NCBI GenBank assembly: GCA_040902655.1
Contig: JBBDWV010000040.1
Coordinates: 6,300 to 70,299, forward strand
DNA: 64,000 bases
Reading direction: 5' to 3'
Source of the DNA: Mycobacteriales bacterium
GTDB taxonomy: Bacteria; Actinomycetota; Actinomycetes; Mycobacteriales; SCTD01
In this document: positions 32,615 through 41,985 of the stretch, one piece after another
How positions within the stretch are numbered: position 1 is the first letter of the stretch
How the letters are laid out: each line of letters opens with the position of its first letter
Program-made: the position numbers and the translations under genes
The notes under the pieces: model-generated
The model's input: the letters and a program-made list of their open reading frames with translations, nothing else
Databases searched by the model: none
Told to the model about the DNA's origin: nothing

Positions 32615-33319
32615 GTGCCGACAGGAACGACCCGGGTGATCGCGCTCGACGGGCCGTCCGGCTCCGGCAAGAGCACCGTCGCCCGCGGGCTGGCCCGCTC
32701 CCTGAACTGGCGCTACGTCGACACCGGCGCGACCTACCGCGCCGCGACGCTGGCGGTCCTGCGCGCCGGCGCCGACCTGGCCGACGCGGCCGCCGTCGCC
32801 GTCGCCGTCCAGCGCGCCCGCATCGCCGTGTCCACCGATCCCGACGCCCCGTCCACCACCCTGGACGGCGAGGACGTCAGCGCCCTGATCCGTGGGCCCG
32901 AGGTCACCGCGGCGGTGAGTGCGGTCAGTGCCGTGCCGGCTGTCCGCACCCACCTCGTCGCCCTGCAGCGCGAGCTGGCCGGCGCCGACGGAGCCATCCT
33001 GGAGGGCCGGGACATCGGCACCGCCGTCTTCCCCTCGGCCCCGGTGAAGGTCTTCCTCGACGCGTCGCCGGAGGTCCGGGCGAGCCGCCGGGCCGGCGAC
33101 GCCGACACCGGGATCGCGCCGGGTGGGACCGATGTCGTGCAGCAGGTGGCTGCCGACCTGGCGCGGCGGGACGGGCTGGACAGCTCCCGGGCCGCCAGCC
33201 CGCTGCAGGCGGCGGACGATGCGGTGCACCTGGACAGCAGCGCACTGGACGCCGACGCCGTCGTGGAGCGGGTGCTGCAGCTTGCCGGACGTGCGGGTCT
33301 GACCGCCGGCCGGACCTGA
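32615..33319 (+). CDS. cmk: cytidylate kinase
   Basis: [35 protein letters not shown]. Confidence 0.92.
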   Translation: MPTGTTRVIALDGPSGSGKSTVARGLARSLNWRYVDTGATYRAATLAVLRAGADLADAAAVAVAVQRARIAVSTDPDAPSTTLDGEDVSALIRGPEVTAAVSAVSAVPAVRTHLVALQRELAGADGAILEGRDIGTAVFPSAPVKVFLDASPEVRASRRAGDADTGIAPGGTDVVQQVAADLARRDGLDSSRAASPLQAADDAVHLDSSALDADAVVERVLQLAGRAGLTAGRT

Positions 33320-34014
33320 TGACCGCCGTCGTCCCGCCGGCGACCGCCCGCCGCCGCGCGACCGGCACGCTCAAGCCGCCGGTACGCGCCGGGGTCCGCC
33401 TCGTCGGCACGGGGCTGGCCCGCAGCGTGCTGCGCCTGACGGTCGAGGGCGCGCAGCACGTACCGGCACACGGTCCCGTCCTGCTGGCCGGCAACCACAG
33501 CGGCATCCTCGACGGCCCGCTGGTCTTCTTCGTCAGCCCCCGGCCCGCCGGCCTGCTCACCAAGTCCGAGGTCTTCGTGGGGCCGTGGGCGCGGGCCTGC
33601 GGGTGGCTCGGGCTCATCCCGGTGCATCGCGGCCAGGCCGACCGCGCCGCTCTGCAGGCCGGTCTCGCGCAGCTGGCCGGCGGCGGCGCTCTCGGTGTCT
33701 TCCCGGAGGGGACGCGGGGCAGCGGCGGCTTCGACCAGATCACCGACGGGCTGGCCTATCTGGCGCTGCGCAGCGGTGCCCCGGTGGTCCCCATCGCCGT
33801 GCTCGGCACCGGCGCCGCGCTGCCCAGAGGGAGGACGGTCCCGACGCTGCGCGCCCCGGTGCGCGTGGTCTTCGGCCCACCGGTGACCGTCGACCCGGTC
33901 GGGGACCCGCGCGCACGCCGTACGGTCCGCGCCGCCGCCGAGCAGCTGCGCCTGGCGCTGCTCGGCCATCTGCAGAGCACCCAGCAGCCCAGCAGCACCG
34001 AGGAGCCGGCATGA
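33319..34014 (+). CDS. 1-acyl-sn-glycerol-3-phosphate acyltransferase family protein
   Basis: HX4D motif NHSGILD and FPEGTRG motif. TGATG overlap with cmk and ATGA overlap with der. Confidence 0.82.
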   Translation: MTAVVPPATARRRATGTLKPPVRAGVRLVGTGLARSVLRLTVEGAQHVPAHGPVLLAGNHSGILDGPLVFFVSPRPAGLLTKSEVFVGPWARACGWLGLIPVHRGQADRAALQAGLAQLAGGGALGVFPEGTRGSGGFDQITDGLAYLALRSGAPVVPIAVLGTGAALPRGRTVPTLRAPVRVVFGPPVTVDPVGDPRARRTVRAAAEQLRLALLGHLQSTQQPSSTEEPA

Positions 34015-35363
34015 CCGAGGACCCGTCCCCCGACAGCGAGGACCTGACCCCGCAACCGGTGCTGGCCGTGGTCGGCCGGCCCAACGTCGGCAAGTCCACC
34101 CTGGTCAACCGCATCCTCGGCCGCCGCGAGGCCGTCGTCGAGGACGTGCCGGGGGTGACCCGGGACCGCGTGACGTACGACGCGCAGTGGCGTGGTCGGC
34201 GCTTCACCGTCGTGGACACCGGCGGGTGGGATCCGGACGCCGTCGGGCTGCAGAAGGCGGTCGCCGCGCAGGCGGAGGTGGCGGTCAGTGCCGCCGATGC
34301 CGTGCTGTTCGTCGTGGATGCGACCGTCGGAGCGACCGACGCCGACGAGGCGGTGGTTCGGGTGCTGCGCAAGGCCAAGAAGCCCGTCGTGCTGGTCGCG
34401 AACAAGGTCGACGACGAGCGCGGCGAGGCCGATGCCGCGATGCTGTGGTCGCTGGGCCTGGGTGAGCCGTACGTCGTGTCCGCGCTGCACGGCCGGGGGA
34501 GCGGGGACCTGCTCGACGTGATCCTGGACGCGCTGCCCGAGACGCCGGCCGAGCGCTTCGACGAGCCGGCCGGGCCGCGCCGGGTCGCGTTGGTCGGCCG
34601 CCCGAACGTCGGCAAGTCCTCGCTGCTGAACCGACTGGCCGGCGAGGAGCGGGTCGTGGTGGACGAGGTCGCCGGGACGACCCGCGACCCGGTCGACTCG
34701 ATGGTCGAGGTCGGCGGGGAGACCTGGCGCTTCGTCGACACCGCGGGACTGCGCCGGCGGGTGGCGCACGCCTCCGGAGCGGAGTACTACTCCTCGCTGC
34801 GGACGCAGTCGGCCATCGACGCGGCGGAGGTCGCGGTCGTGCTGCTCGACGCGAGCGAGCCGATCAGCGAGCAGGACCAGCGGGTCATCGGGATGGCGGT
34901 CGAGGCGGGGCGGGCGCTGGTCATCGCGTTCAACAAGTGGGACCTGGTCGACGAGGACCGCCGGCCGCAGCTGGCCAAGGAGATCGACCGTGAGCTGGCC
35001 CGGGTCGAGTGGGCGCCCCGGCTCAACGTCTCGGCGCTGACCGGTCGCGCCGTCGACAAGCTGGCGCCGGCGCTGCACACCGCGCTGGACGGCTGGGAGA
35101 CCCGCATCTCCACCGGCAAGCTCAACTCCTGGATCGGCGGGCTGATCGCCAGGACGCCGCCGCCGGTGCGCAGCGGCAAGCAGCCCAAGATCCTGTTCGC
35201 CACCCAGGCTGGAACCCGGCCGCCGCGGTTCGTGCTGTTCACCAGCGGCTTCCTCGAGGCGGGCTACCGCCGCTTCATCGAGCGCCGGCTGCGCGAGGAC
35301 TTCGGCTTCGCCGGCAGCCCCATCGAGGTCAGCGTCAAGGTCCGCGAGAAGGGCAAGCGGTAG
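34011..35363 (+). CDS. der: ribosome biogenesis GTPase Der (EngA)
   Basis: Two GTPase domains with GRPNVGKST and [10 protein letters not shown]-loops, DTGG/DTAG, NKVD/NKWD, and a C-terminal KH-like domain. Confidence 0.95.
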   Translation: MTEDPSPDSEDLTPQPVLAVVGRPNVGKSTLVNRILGRREAVVEDVPGVTRDRVTYDAQWRGRRFTVVDTGGWDPDAVGLQKAVAAQAEVAVSAADAVLFVVDATVGATDADEAVVRVLRKAKKPVVLVANKVDDERGEADAAMLWSLGLGEPYVVSALHGRGSGDLLDVILDALPETPAERFDEPAGPRRVALVGRPNVGKSSLLNRLAGEERVVVDEVAGTTRDPVDSMVEVGGETWRFVDTAGLRRRVAHASGAEYYSSLRTQSAIDAAEVAVVLLDASEPISEQDQRVIGMAVEAGRALVIAFNKWDLVDEDRRPQLAKEIDRELARVEWAPRLNVSALTGRAVDKLAPALHTALDGWETRISTGKLNSWIGGLIARTPPPVRSGKQPKILFATQAGTRPPRFVLFTSGFLEAGYRRFIERRLREDFGFAGSPIEVSVKVREKGKR

Positions 35364-35391
35364 CGGCGAAACTGTCGGACCCGAGCGGGAC

Positions 35392-35409
35392 GATGACGAC
35401 GTCGTCATC
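35392..35409. terminator. perfect 18-bp palindrome downstream of der (terminator or operator)
   Basis: GATGACGACGTCGTCATC lies 29 nt after the der stop. It overlaps the first in-frame ATG (35393) of the next ORF. Confidence 0.3.
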
Positions 35410-35425
35410 GCATCTTGGAGGTCCT

Positions 35426-36208
35426 GTGCAACCAGCCGGTCTGTTCCAACAGCAACTCCCCCTTGGGCTCACCGAGCAGGGTCTGCGTGATCTGGTGGGG
35501 GCGAACCGGTCGTGGCGCGCGGTGCTGCGGGCCGCAGGCTCTCGATCAGCGCACCAGGGACGCCAGCTGCGCAAGGCGTGCGACGAACTCAGAATCGACT
35601 ATGGGCATTTCACCATGAGGACGTGGACGGACGAGCAGCTGCGTGCCGCTGTCGCCACGGGGCGATCCTGGCCTGAGGTTCTGGGGGCACTCGGCTTCGC
35701 GCAGAACTCCGGGTCGGCGCGGGCGACGGTTCGGCGGCACGCCGCCCGACTCGGTCTCGACATGAGCGGGCTGTCCGACCCGTCCGTTGCACTGCCGGCG
35801 GACCCCTTCACCGCGGCTCCCGAGCTGAAGCACCTTCGGGCGTCGGGCGCCTACATCGTTGCGGGGGCGTGTGCCCTCGCCGGCTACAAGGTCTCGTGGC
35901 CGCTCGAGCCCGCCATCTACGACCTACTCGTGGACACCGGCACCATTCAGCGGGTGCAGGTGAAGACGACCACGCACCGCGTCGACGGCACGTGGTCGTG
36001 CATGATCACCCACAGCTCGTCGTCCGAGCGGGCATGGTACACGTCGGACGAGATCGACTTCTTCGGCATCGTCGATCCGGAGCTCAACGTGTACATGATC
36101 CCGGTGCACGTTCTCGACGGCCACGCGCGGATCTACGTCCGCCGGTACGACGCCTACCGACTCCCTCGACTCGCAGTCGAGGGGCTCACGGCGTCGAACG
36201 GCTCCTGA
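35426..36208 (+). CDS. PD-(D/E)XK nuclease-fold protein (group I intron endonuclease-like C-terminal domain) with two N-terminal HTH-like repeats
   Basis: C-terminal YDLLVD...IQRVQVKT...EIDFFGIV...VYMIPV fits the D...(E/Q)xK core and the PDDEXK/intron-endonuclease family pattern. The N-terminus has two similar ~35-aa units (RSWRAVLRAAGSRSAHQGRQLRKACDELRIDYGHF and RSWPEVLGALGFAQNSGSARATVRRHAARLGLDMSGL). GTG 35426 lies 4 nt after GGAGG; the alternative ATG 35393 sits inside the palindrome. Hand-counted GC is about 60-68%. Confidence 0.65.
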   Translation: MQPAGLFQQQLPLGLTEQGLRDLVGANRSWRAVLRAAGSRSAHQGRQLRKACDELRIDYGHFTMRTWTDEQLRAAVATGRSWPEVLGALGFAQNSGSARATVRRHAARLGLDMSGLSDPSVALPADPFTAAPELKHLRASGAYIVAGACALAGYKVSWPLEPAIYDLLVDTGTIQRVQVKTTTHRVDGTWSCMITHSSSSERAWYTSDEIDFFGIVDPELNVYMIPVHVLDGHARIYVRRYDAYRLPRLAVEGLTASNGS

Positions 36209-36252
36209 AGGCGCGAAGGCCCGGCGCGTGCGCGAGGCCCTCGAGAACTGCG

Positions 36253-36326
36253 TCGGGCTGACAGGATTCGAACCTGCGGCCTTCCGGCCCCCAGCCGGAC
36301 GCGCTACCAAGCTGCGCCACAGCCCG
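36253..36326 (-). tRNA. tRNA-Pro (anticodon GGG)
   Basis: The reverse complement CGGGCTGTGGCGCAGCTTGGTAGCGCGTCCGGCTGGGGGCCGGAAGGCCGCAGGTTCGAATCCTGTCAGCCCGA folds as a cloverleaf. Acceptor CGGGCTG/CAGCCCG, D stem GCGC/GCGC, anticodon stem TCCGG/CCGGA with loop CTGGGGG, T arm GCAGG-TTCGAAT-CCTGT. CCA is not encoded. Confidence 0.95.
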
Positions 36327-36541
36327 TGGTGCACGGCAGGAGCCTAGCGGAACGACCCCCAAGGGCTCCGCAGCGCCGTTGCTGCGTGCGTTCCTGCCGG
36401 GCTGAGCACATCCTGCTGGCCGTCCTCGCCCTGAGCGAGTACGGTCGTCGGCTCCGCCCGACCCCGCCCCGGCTGCTGCCGGGTAGGTGGGCCCCCAGCG
36501 ATGGCACCCCGCGCCGGGACCTGCTGACCTGAGGCTCCGGC

Positions 36542-38513
36542 ATGCCCGACGACGTCCTGACCGCCGAGCGGGCGCACCTGGTGCGCGCCCGCGCCGATCT
36601 CCGACGGATGCGCGAGCACACGCGCACCCTCCTCGACACCCAGAGCGCCTGGGGCAACGACGAGCTGACGACGCGGGCGCTCGCCGCCAGCCTGGCCCGT
36701 CGGTTCGACCAGCTGCTCGACGACGGGGTCACGCCGCTGTTCTTCGGCCGCCTCGACACCGAGTCCGACGAGGTCTTCCACCTCGGCCGCCGGCACGTCA
36801 GCGGGCAGGACGGCGAGCCGGTCGTGCTCGACTGGCGCGCTCCCCTCGCGGGGGCCTACTACCGCGCATCGGCGCGCGACCGGCAGGGCATCGTGCTGCG
36901 CCGCCGCTTCGGGTTCCGGGACGGGACCCTCACGGCGTACGAAGACGACCGCCTCACCGCCGGCGGCTCCGTCAGCGCGCTGCTGGTACAGGAGATCGAG
37001 CGGCCGCGCAGCGGTCCGATGCGCGACATCGTCGCGACCGTCCAGCCGGAGCAGGACGTCCTGGTGCGTGCGCCGCTCGAGCAGACGGTCTGCGTGCAGG
37101 GCGCTCCGGGCACCGGCAAGACAGCGGTCGGGCTGCACCGGGCCGCCTACCTGCTCTACGCGCACCGCGCCCGGTTGGCCGCCACGGGAGTGCTCGTCGT
37201 CGGCCCGAACCGCGCCTTCCTGTCCTACGTGCAGGAGGTGCTCCCGGCCCTCGGGGAGGTCGCGGTGACGCAGGCGACTCCGGACGAGCTCGCTCCGCCC
37301 GTCCCCGTACGCCGGATCGCCGGCGCCGCCGAGGCGCAGGTGAAGGGAGACGCCCGCGTCGCGACTGTGCTCGAGCGGGTCCTGTGGCTGCACGCTGCGC
37401 GGGCGAGCGAGTCGCTCGTGCTCACGGTCGGATCGCGCCGTTGGCGGCTGCAGCCGGAGGACGTACGCGAGTTCGAGCGGGCGGTGCGCGGCCGCGGCCT
37501 GCCGTGGTCGGCCGGTCGGGCCGCCTTGGCGGGCGCCCTCGCCGGCGCTGCTGCGGCTGCAGGAGGACGCCGGCATCGCCACCAGCGAGCGTGCGGTCGA
37601 GAAGCTGGCGCGCAGCCCGGTCGTGCGCGGGTACGTCGACGCGCTGTGGCCACCCGTGACCGCCGAGCGGCTGGTCGCCGCAGTGCTGGGCGACCGGGAC
37701 CTGCTGGCCCGCGCCGCCGCAGGCGTGCTCACCGAGCAGGAGCCGGACGACCTGGCCGGCGGCGGCGCTCCCGGCCGCTGGTCGCGCGCCGACCTGCCGC
37801 TGCTCGACGAGGCCTCGTACCTCCTGGAGCGCTCTTCGGGCTACGCGCACGTGGTCGTCGACGAGGCGCAGGACCTGTCGCAGATGCAGCTGCGGGCGAT
37901 CGGCCGACGCTGCGTGACCGGGAGCGCCACCGTGCTCGGCGATCTCGCGCAAGGGACGACGCCGGGCGCCCCGGGCAACTGGTCCGACGTCCTGCTGCAC
38001 CTCGGCAAGCCCTCCGGCCGGCTCGAGGTGCTGAACACCGGATACCGGGTGCCTCGCCAGGTGCTCGACCTGGCCAACCGGCTGCTGCCGCACATCGCGC
38101 CCGGGATCGCCCCCGCCGCATCCCTGCGGTCGGCGCCGGACTCGCTCGAGCTGCGCCGTACGAGCGTTCTCGTCGTGGACGCGGCCGCTGCCGTACGGGA
38201 GCGGACCGGGTCGGGTTCGGTAGCCGTCGTCGCGGCGGGCGCGGCGCTGCTGACGGCTGCGGGCGAGCAGCTCGCTGCGGACGGGGTCGGCGCCGAGCTG
38301 CTCGGCGAAGGGATCCCCGCCGGACAGGTCGCCCTCGTGCCGGCCGACCTGGTGAAGGGGCTGGAGTTCGACTCCGTCGTCCTGCTCGAGCCGGCTGCGA
38401 TCGCTTCCCGTGGGCAGTACGGGCTGCGCTTGCTCTACGTCGCCCTGACCCGGGCGGTGTCCTCGCTGCTGGTCCTGCACAGCGAGGACCTCCCGCGCGA
38501 GCTCGCCGGCTGA
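36542..38513 (+). pseudogene. helD: HelD-like (UvrD/Rep superfamily 1) RNA polymerase-associated ATPase, frameshifted
   Basis: The N-terminal part (track ORF 36542.., frame 2) has HLGRRHVSGQDGEPVVLDWRAPLAGAYYRAS and Walker A GAPGTGKT. It degenerates after about 37520 into AGALAGAAAAAGGRRHRHQ. Frame 0 resumes with LLRLQEDAGIATSERAVEKLARSPVVRGYVDALWP, then HVVVDEAQDLS (Walker B) and LYVALTRA (motif VI), ending at 38513. Confidence 0.8.
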
Positions 38514-38549
38514 CACGTCGCAGAGCGGCACCTCTCGTGCGGGGGGCCG

Positions 38550-38629
38550 TCGGCAGTTGATCTTCTGGATGCTGGATTCGCAGCAGACGCGCCGGCGTGT
38601 CCGCTGCGGATCCAGCAGCCGCAAGATCA
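38550..38629 (+). repeat. about 80-bp imperfect-palindrome repeat element, copy B
   Basis: See copy A. Starts 37 nt after the helD stop. Followed by a second GCCGGCGTGTCC box at 38649-38660 and the hairpin GTGTCC-N10-GGACAC. Confidence 0.85.
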
Positions 38630-38740
38630 ACACTGGGCGCGGTGACGGGCCGCCGGCGTGTCCACGCCTGGTCGGACACACCTCGGCTGAATCGGAAAAG
38701 TTAGGGAAGGGACCCCTAACTCTGCACTACAGTTCGGGTC

Positions 38741-41305
38741 GTGCCGCTCGTCGCTCCCACGCCGCCCCGGACGGCGCCCTCCTTCGTCCGGGACCTCGCG
38801 CGGCACGGTGACGCCCCGGCGCTGCTCACCCGGCAGGGCCGGCTGAGCTACCGGGAGCTGGCGGCGCGGGTCGGCGACGTCGCGCAGCAACTCGGCCCGA
38901 CCCGCCGGCTGGTCCTGCTGGAGGCGGCCAACACGGTCGAGGCCGTCGTGGCCTACCTCGCCGGCCTGACCGCCGGCTGCCCGGTGGCGCTGGCGCCGGC
39001 GGCGGCGCTCGCCTCGCTCACCGCGGCGTACGACCCCGACGTCGTGATGACCCGCGACGGGGGCTGGGGGGTGGACGCACGACGCGACGGCAGCGCCCAC
39101 GAGCTGCACGACGAGCTCGCGCTGCTGCTGAGCACCTCGGGCTCGACCGGCTCACCCAAGCTCGTGCGGCTGTCCCGGGACAACCTGAGCGCGAACGCGC
39201 AGGCCATCGCCGACTACCTCGACCTGCGCCCGTCCGACCGCGGGCCGACCGTCCTGCCGCTGGGCTACTGCTACGGGCTGTCGGTGCTCAACAGCCACCT
39301 GGAGCGCGGCGCCGGGCTGCTGCTCACCGACCTGTCGGTGGTGGACGGCTGCTTCTGGGAGCTGTTCCGGGAGCACGGCGCGACCTCGCTGGCCGGTGTC
39401 CCGCACACCTTCGACCTGCTGGACCGGGTCGGCTTCGCCGACATGGACCTACCGTCGCTGCGCTACGTCACGCAGGCGGGCGGGCGGCTGGCGCCCGAAC
39501 GGGTGCGGGCCCTGGCCGAGCTGGGGCAGCAGCGCGGTTTCGACCTGTTCGTGATGTACGGCCAGACCGAGGCAACGGCCCGGATGGCCTATCTGCCGCC
39601 CGCGCTCGCGCACACCGCCCCCGGCTCGATCGGCCTCCCGGTGCCGGGCGGCGGCTTCGCCCTCGACCCGGTGCCCGACAGCGACGAGCCCGGCGTCGGG
39701 GAGCTGGTCTACAGCGGGCCGAACGTCATGCTCGGCTACGCCGCCGGACCCGCCGACCTGGCCCTCGGCCGCACCGTCGACCGGCTGCACACCGGCGACC
39801 TGGCCCGCCGCGACGCCGGCACCGGGCTGTACGAGATCGTCGGCCGGCGCGCCCGCACCTCCAAGGTGCTCGGCCTGCGGATCGACCTCCAGCGGGTCGA
39901 GGACCGGCTGGCGGGCCTCGGCATCCCGGCCTGCTGCGTGGGCGGTGACGACGAGCTGGTCGTGGTCGCCGCGACACCCCGGCAGGTGGCCGCGGAGGTC
40001 GCCGCCGCTGCCGGCCTGCCCGTTCGCGCCGTGCGGGTGGTCGGCGTCGAGGCGCTCCCGCGGCTGGACAGCGGCAAGCCGGACCTGCGGGCCGCGGCCG
40101 CGCTGGCCGTCCGCGATCAGCCCGCTCCCGTCGCCGCGCTGTCCACCGGCCCAAACGTCGACGGGCTGTGTGCGCTCTACGCGGACGTGCTCGACCGGCC
40201 GGTGCGGCCGGAGGACACCTTCGTCGGCCTGGGCGGCGACTCGCTGTCCTACGTCGAGACGTCGCTGCGCCTCGAGCAGGTGCTCGGGGCGCTGCCGCCC
40301 AGCTGGCACACGACGCCGATCCGGGACCTGGCTCCGGCCCGCCGGCCGCCGCGAGCCGGCCGGGCGCTCGAGACGGGGGTGGCGCTGCGGGCCGCGGCCA
40401 TCGTGGCGATCGTCGGGTCGCACGCAAACCTCTGGACGCTGCTCGGTGGCGCGCACATCCTGCTCGGGGTCGCCGGCTTCAACTTCGCCCGCTTCCACCT
40501 GAGCGGGACCGGCCTGGCGTCCCCAGCCGGTCGGGCACTGCGCAGCGTCCGGCGCATCGTCGTGCCGAGCGTGCTGTGGATCGCCCTCGCGGCGATGATC
40601 ACGGAGCGCTACACGCTCACCAACGTGCTGCTCCTCAACGGCGTGGTCGGCCCGGAGAAGTTCGGGCCCAGCTGGCACTACTGGTTCCTCGAGGTGCTCG
40701 TCTACCTGCTGCTCGCCTGCGCGGCGCTGCTGGCCGTCCCCGCGGTACGCCGGGCGGAACGGCGCTGGCCGTGGGGCTTCTCGCTGGTGCTGCTCGCCGT
40801 CGGCGTCGCCAGCCGCTTCGCACCGGGTTGGCTGCCGACCGGGCCGGACCGGATCCACACCGCACACGTCCTGTTCTGGCTCTTCGCACTCGGTTGGGCG
40901 GCGGCGCGGGCCGGCACCGTGCCCCGCCGGTTGCTGCTGACGGCCGTCCTGCTCGCCACCGTGCCCGGTTTCTTCGGCAACCCGTGGCGCGAGGCGCTCG
41001 TCGTGGCGGGGCTGCTCGCGCTGCTCTGGATCGGCACGGTGCGCGTCCCGGCGGCCGTCGCGCGCGGCGCGAGCCTGCTGGCCGCGGCCTCGCTGCACAT
41101 CTACGTCACGCACTGGCTGGTCTACCCGCACCTCGAAGTGCAGTGGCCGCTGGCCGCGACGCTGGCCTCGCTCGCCGTCGGGCTGGCCTACCGGGAACTC
41201 GAGACCCGGGCGACCGCACTCGTGCAGAGCCTGGGCCTGGGCCGCCGCGTGCCGACCTCGTGGAGCCGGCGCAGGGCCGTCCGGGCCGGGTTCGGCAGGC
41301 GCTGA
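38741..41305 (+). CDS. fused adenylation domain - peptidyl/acyl carrier domain - AT3-family membrane acyltransferase
   Basis: Adenylation cores: LLLSTSGSTGSPKLV (A3), YGQTEA (A5), TGDLARRD (A7), GRRARTSKVLGLRIDLQRVE (A8), PRLDSGKPD (A10). Carrier motif GLGGDSLSYVE. The C-terminal ~290 aa has 8-10 TM helices opening with LRAAAIVAIVGSHANLW (AT3-type R...H). Confidence 0.85.
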   Translation: MPLVAPTPPRTAPSFVRDLARHGDAPALLTRQGRLSYRELAARVGDVAQQLGPTRRLVLLEAANTVEAVVAYLAGLTAGCPVALAPAAALASLTAAYDPDVVMTRDGGWGVDARRDGSAHELHDELALLLSTSGSTGSPKLVRLSRDNLSANAQAIADYLDLRPSDRGPTVLPLGYCYGLSVLNSHLERGAGLLLTDLSVVDGCFWELFREHGATSLAGVPHTFDLLDRVGFADMDLPSLRYVTQAGGRLAPERVRALAELGQQRGFDLFVMYGQTEATARMAYLPPALAHTAPGSIGLPVPGGGFALDPVPDSDEPGVGELVYSGPNVMLGYAAGPADLALGRTVDRLHTGDLARRDAGTGLYEIVGRRARTSKVLGLRIDLQRVEDRLAGLGIPACCVGGDDELVVVAATPRQVAAEVAAAAGLPVRAVRVVGVEALPRLDSGKPDLRAAAALAVRDQPAPVAALSTGPNVDGLCALYADVLDRPVRPEDTFVGLGGDSLSYVETSLRLEQVLGALPPSWHTTPIRDLAPARRPPRAGRALETGVALRAAAIVAIVGSHANLWTLLGGAHILLGVAGFNFARFHLSGTGLASPAGRALRSVRRIVVPSVLWIALAAMITERYTLTNVLLLNGVVGPEKFGPSWHYWFLEVLVYLLLACAALLAVPAVRRAERRWPWGFSLVLLAVGVASRFAPGWLPTGPDRIHTAHVLFWLFALGWAAARAGTVPRRLLLTAVLLATVPGFFGNPWREALVVAGLLALLWIGTVRVPAAVARGASLLAAASLHIYVTHWLVYPHLEVQWPLAATLASLAVGLAYRELETRATALVQSLGLGRRVPTSWSRRRAVRAGFGRR

Positions 41306-41382
41306 TCTCGCGCCCCGGCTGCCCGCACGGATAGTGTCGCGCCGACGGCGTGACCGGGTGCGCGCGGGACAGGGGAGGCAGC

Positions 41383-41985
41383 ATGACCGAGCGGCTCGGG
41401 ACCTCCGAGCCACAGCTCTCCACCCGGATCTGGACCATCCCGAACGCCCTGTCCATGCTGCGGCTGGCCGGCGTACCGGTGTTCCTGTACTGGGTGCTGA
41501 TCACCGAGCAGGACGGCCGGGCCATCCTGCTGCTGATGGCCGCGGGCGCCACCGACTACTTCGACGGCATGATCGCCCGCAGGTACTCGCAGTTCACCCG
41601 GCTCGGGGAGCTGCTCGATCCGCTCGCGGACCGCCTCTACATCTTCGCCACGCTGCTGGCCCTGGTCTACCGGGACGGGCTGCCGCTGTGGTGGGCGCTG
41701 GCGCTCATCGGGCGCGACGGGGTGCTGGCGGTGTGCCTGGCGGTGCTGCGCCGGGCGGGGCACGGGCCGTTGCCGGTGCACTTCCTCGGCAAGGCGGCCA
41801 CCTTCAACCTGCTCTACGCCTTCCCGATGCTGCTCGCCGCCCTGCCCGGCAGCCAGGGTCTGCTCGCGACCGTCTTCCGGCCGATGGGCTGGGCGTTCGC
41901 CGCCTGGGGAAGCGTCCTCTACCTGTGGGCCGGCGTCCTGTACGTCGTGCAGGTGCGCCAGGTGCTGCGCGCCGACCGCTCGTGA
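41383..41985 (+). CDS. CDP-alcohol phosphatidyltransferase (PgsA2 / actinobacterial cardiolipin synthase type)
   Basis: Motif DYFDGMIARRYSQFTRLGELLDPLAD (D-x2-D-G-x2-A-R-x8-G-x3-D-x3-D). ATG 41383 follows GGGGAGG. Confidence 0.88.
   Translation: MTERLGTSEPQLSTRIWTIPNALSMLRLAGVPVFLYWVLITEQDGRAILLLMAAGATDYFDGMIARRYSQFTRLGELLDPLADRLYIFATLLALVYRDGLPLWWALALIGRDGVLAVCLAVLRRAGHGPLPVHFLGKAATFNLLYAFPMLLAALPGSQGLLATVFRPMGWAFAAWGSVLYLWAGVLYVVQVRQVLRADRS

Noticed and set aside
35426-38513. PD-(D/E)XK nuclease plus UvrD-like helicase as a two-gene anti-phage system (Gabija/Hachiman-like)
   Set aside because: The genes are separated by an oppositely oriented tRNA-Pro and about 330 nt of spacer, so they are not an operon. 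The helicase has the HelD-specific N-terminal RNAP-binding region (LDWRAP) and is frameshifted. The nuclease lacks the ATPase or DUF1837 features of GajA/HamA.
24608-38629. The two direct copies of the 80-bp palindromic element as ends of a 14-kb composite mobile element
   Set aside because: The interior is housekeeping backbone (ald, xerD, parA, scpAB, rluB, cmk, der, tRNA-Pro) in the conserved actinobacterial order. It has no transposase or integrase apart from the core xerD. The copies are better explained as dispersed REP/terminator-like repeats.
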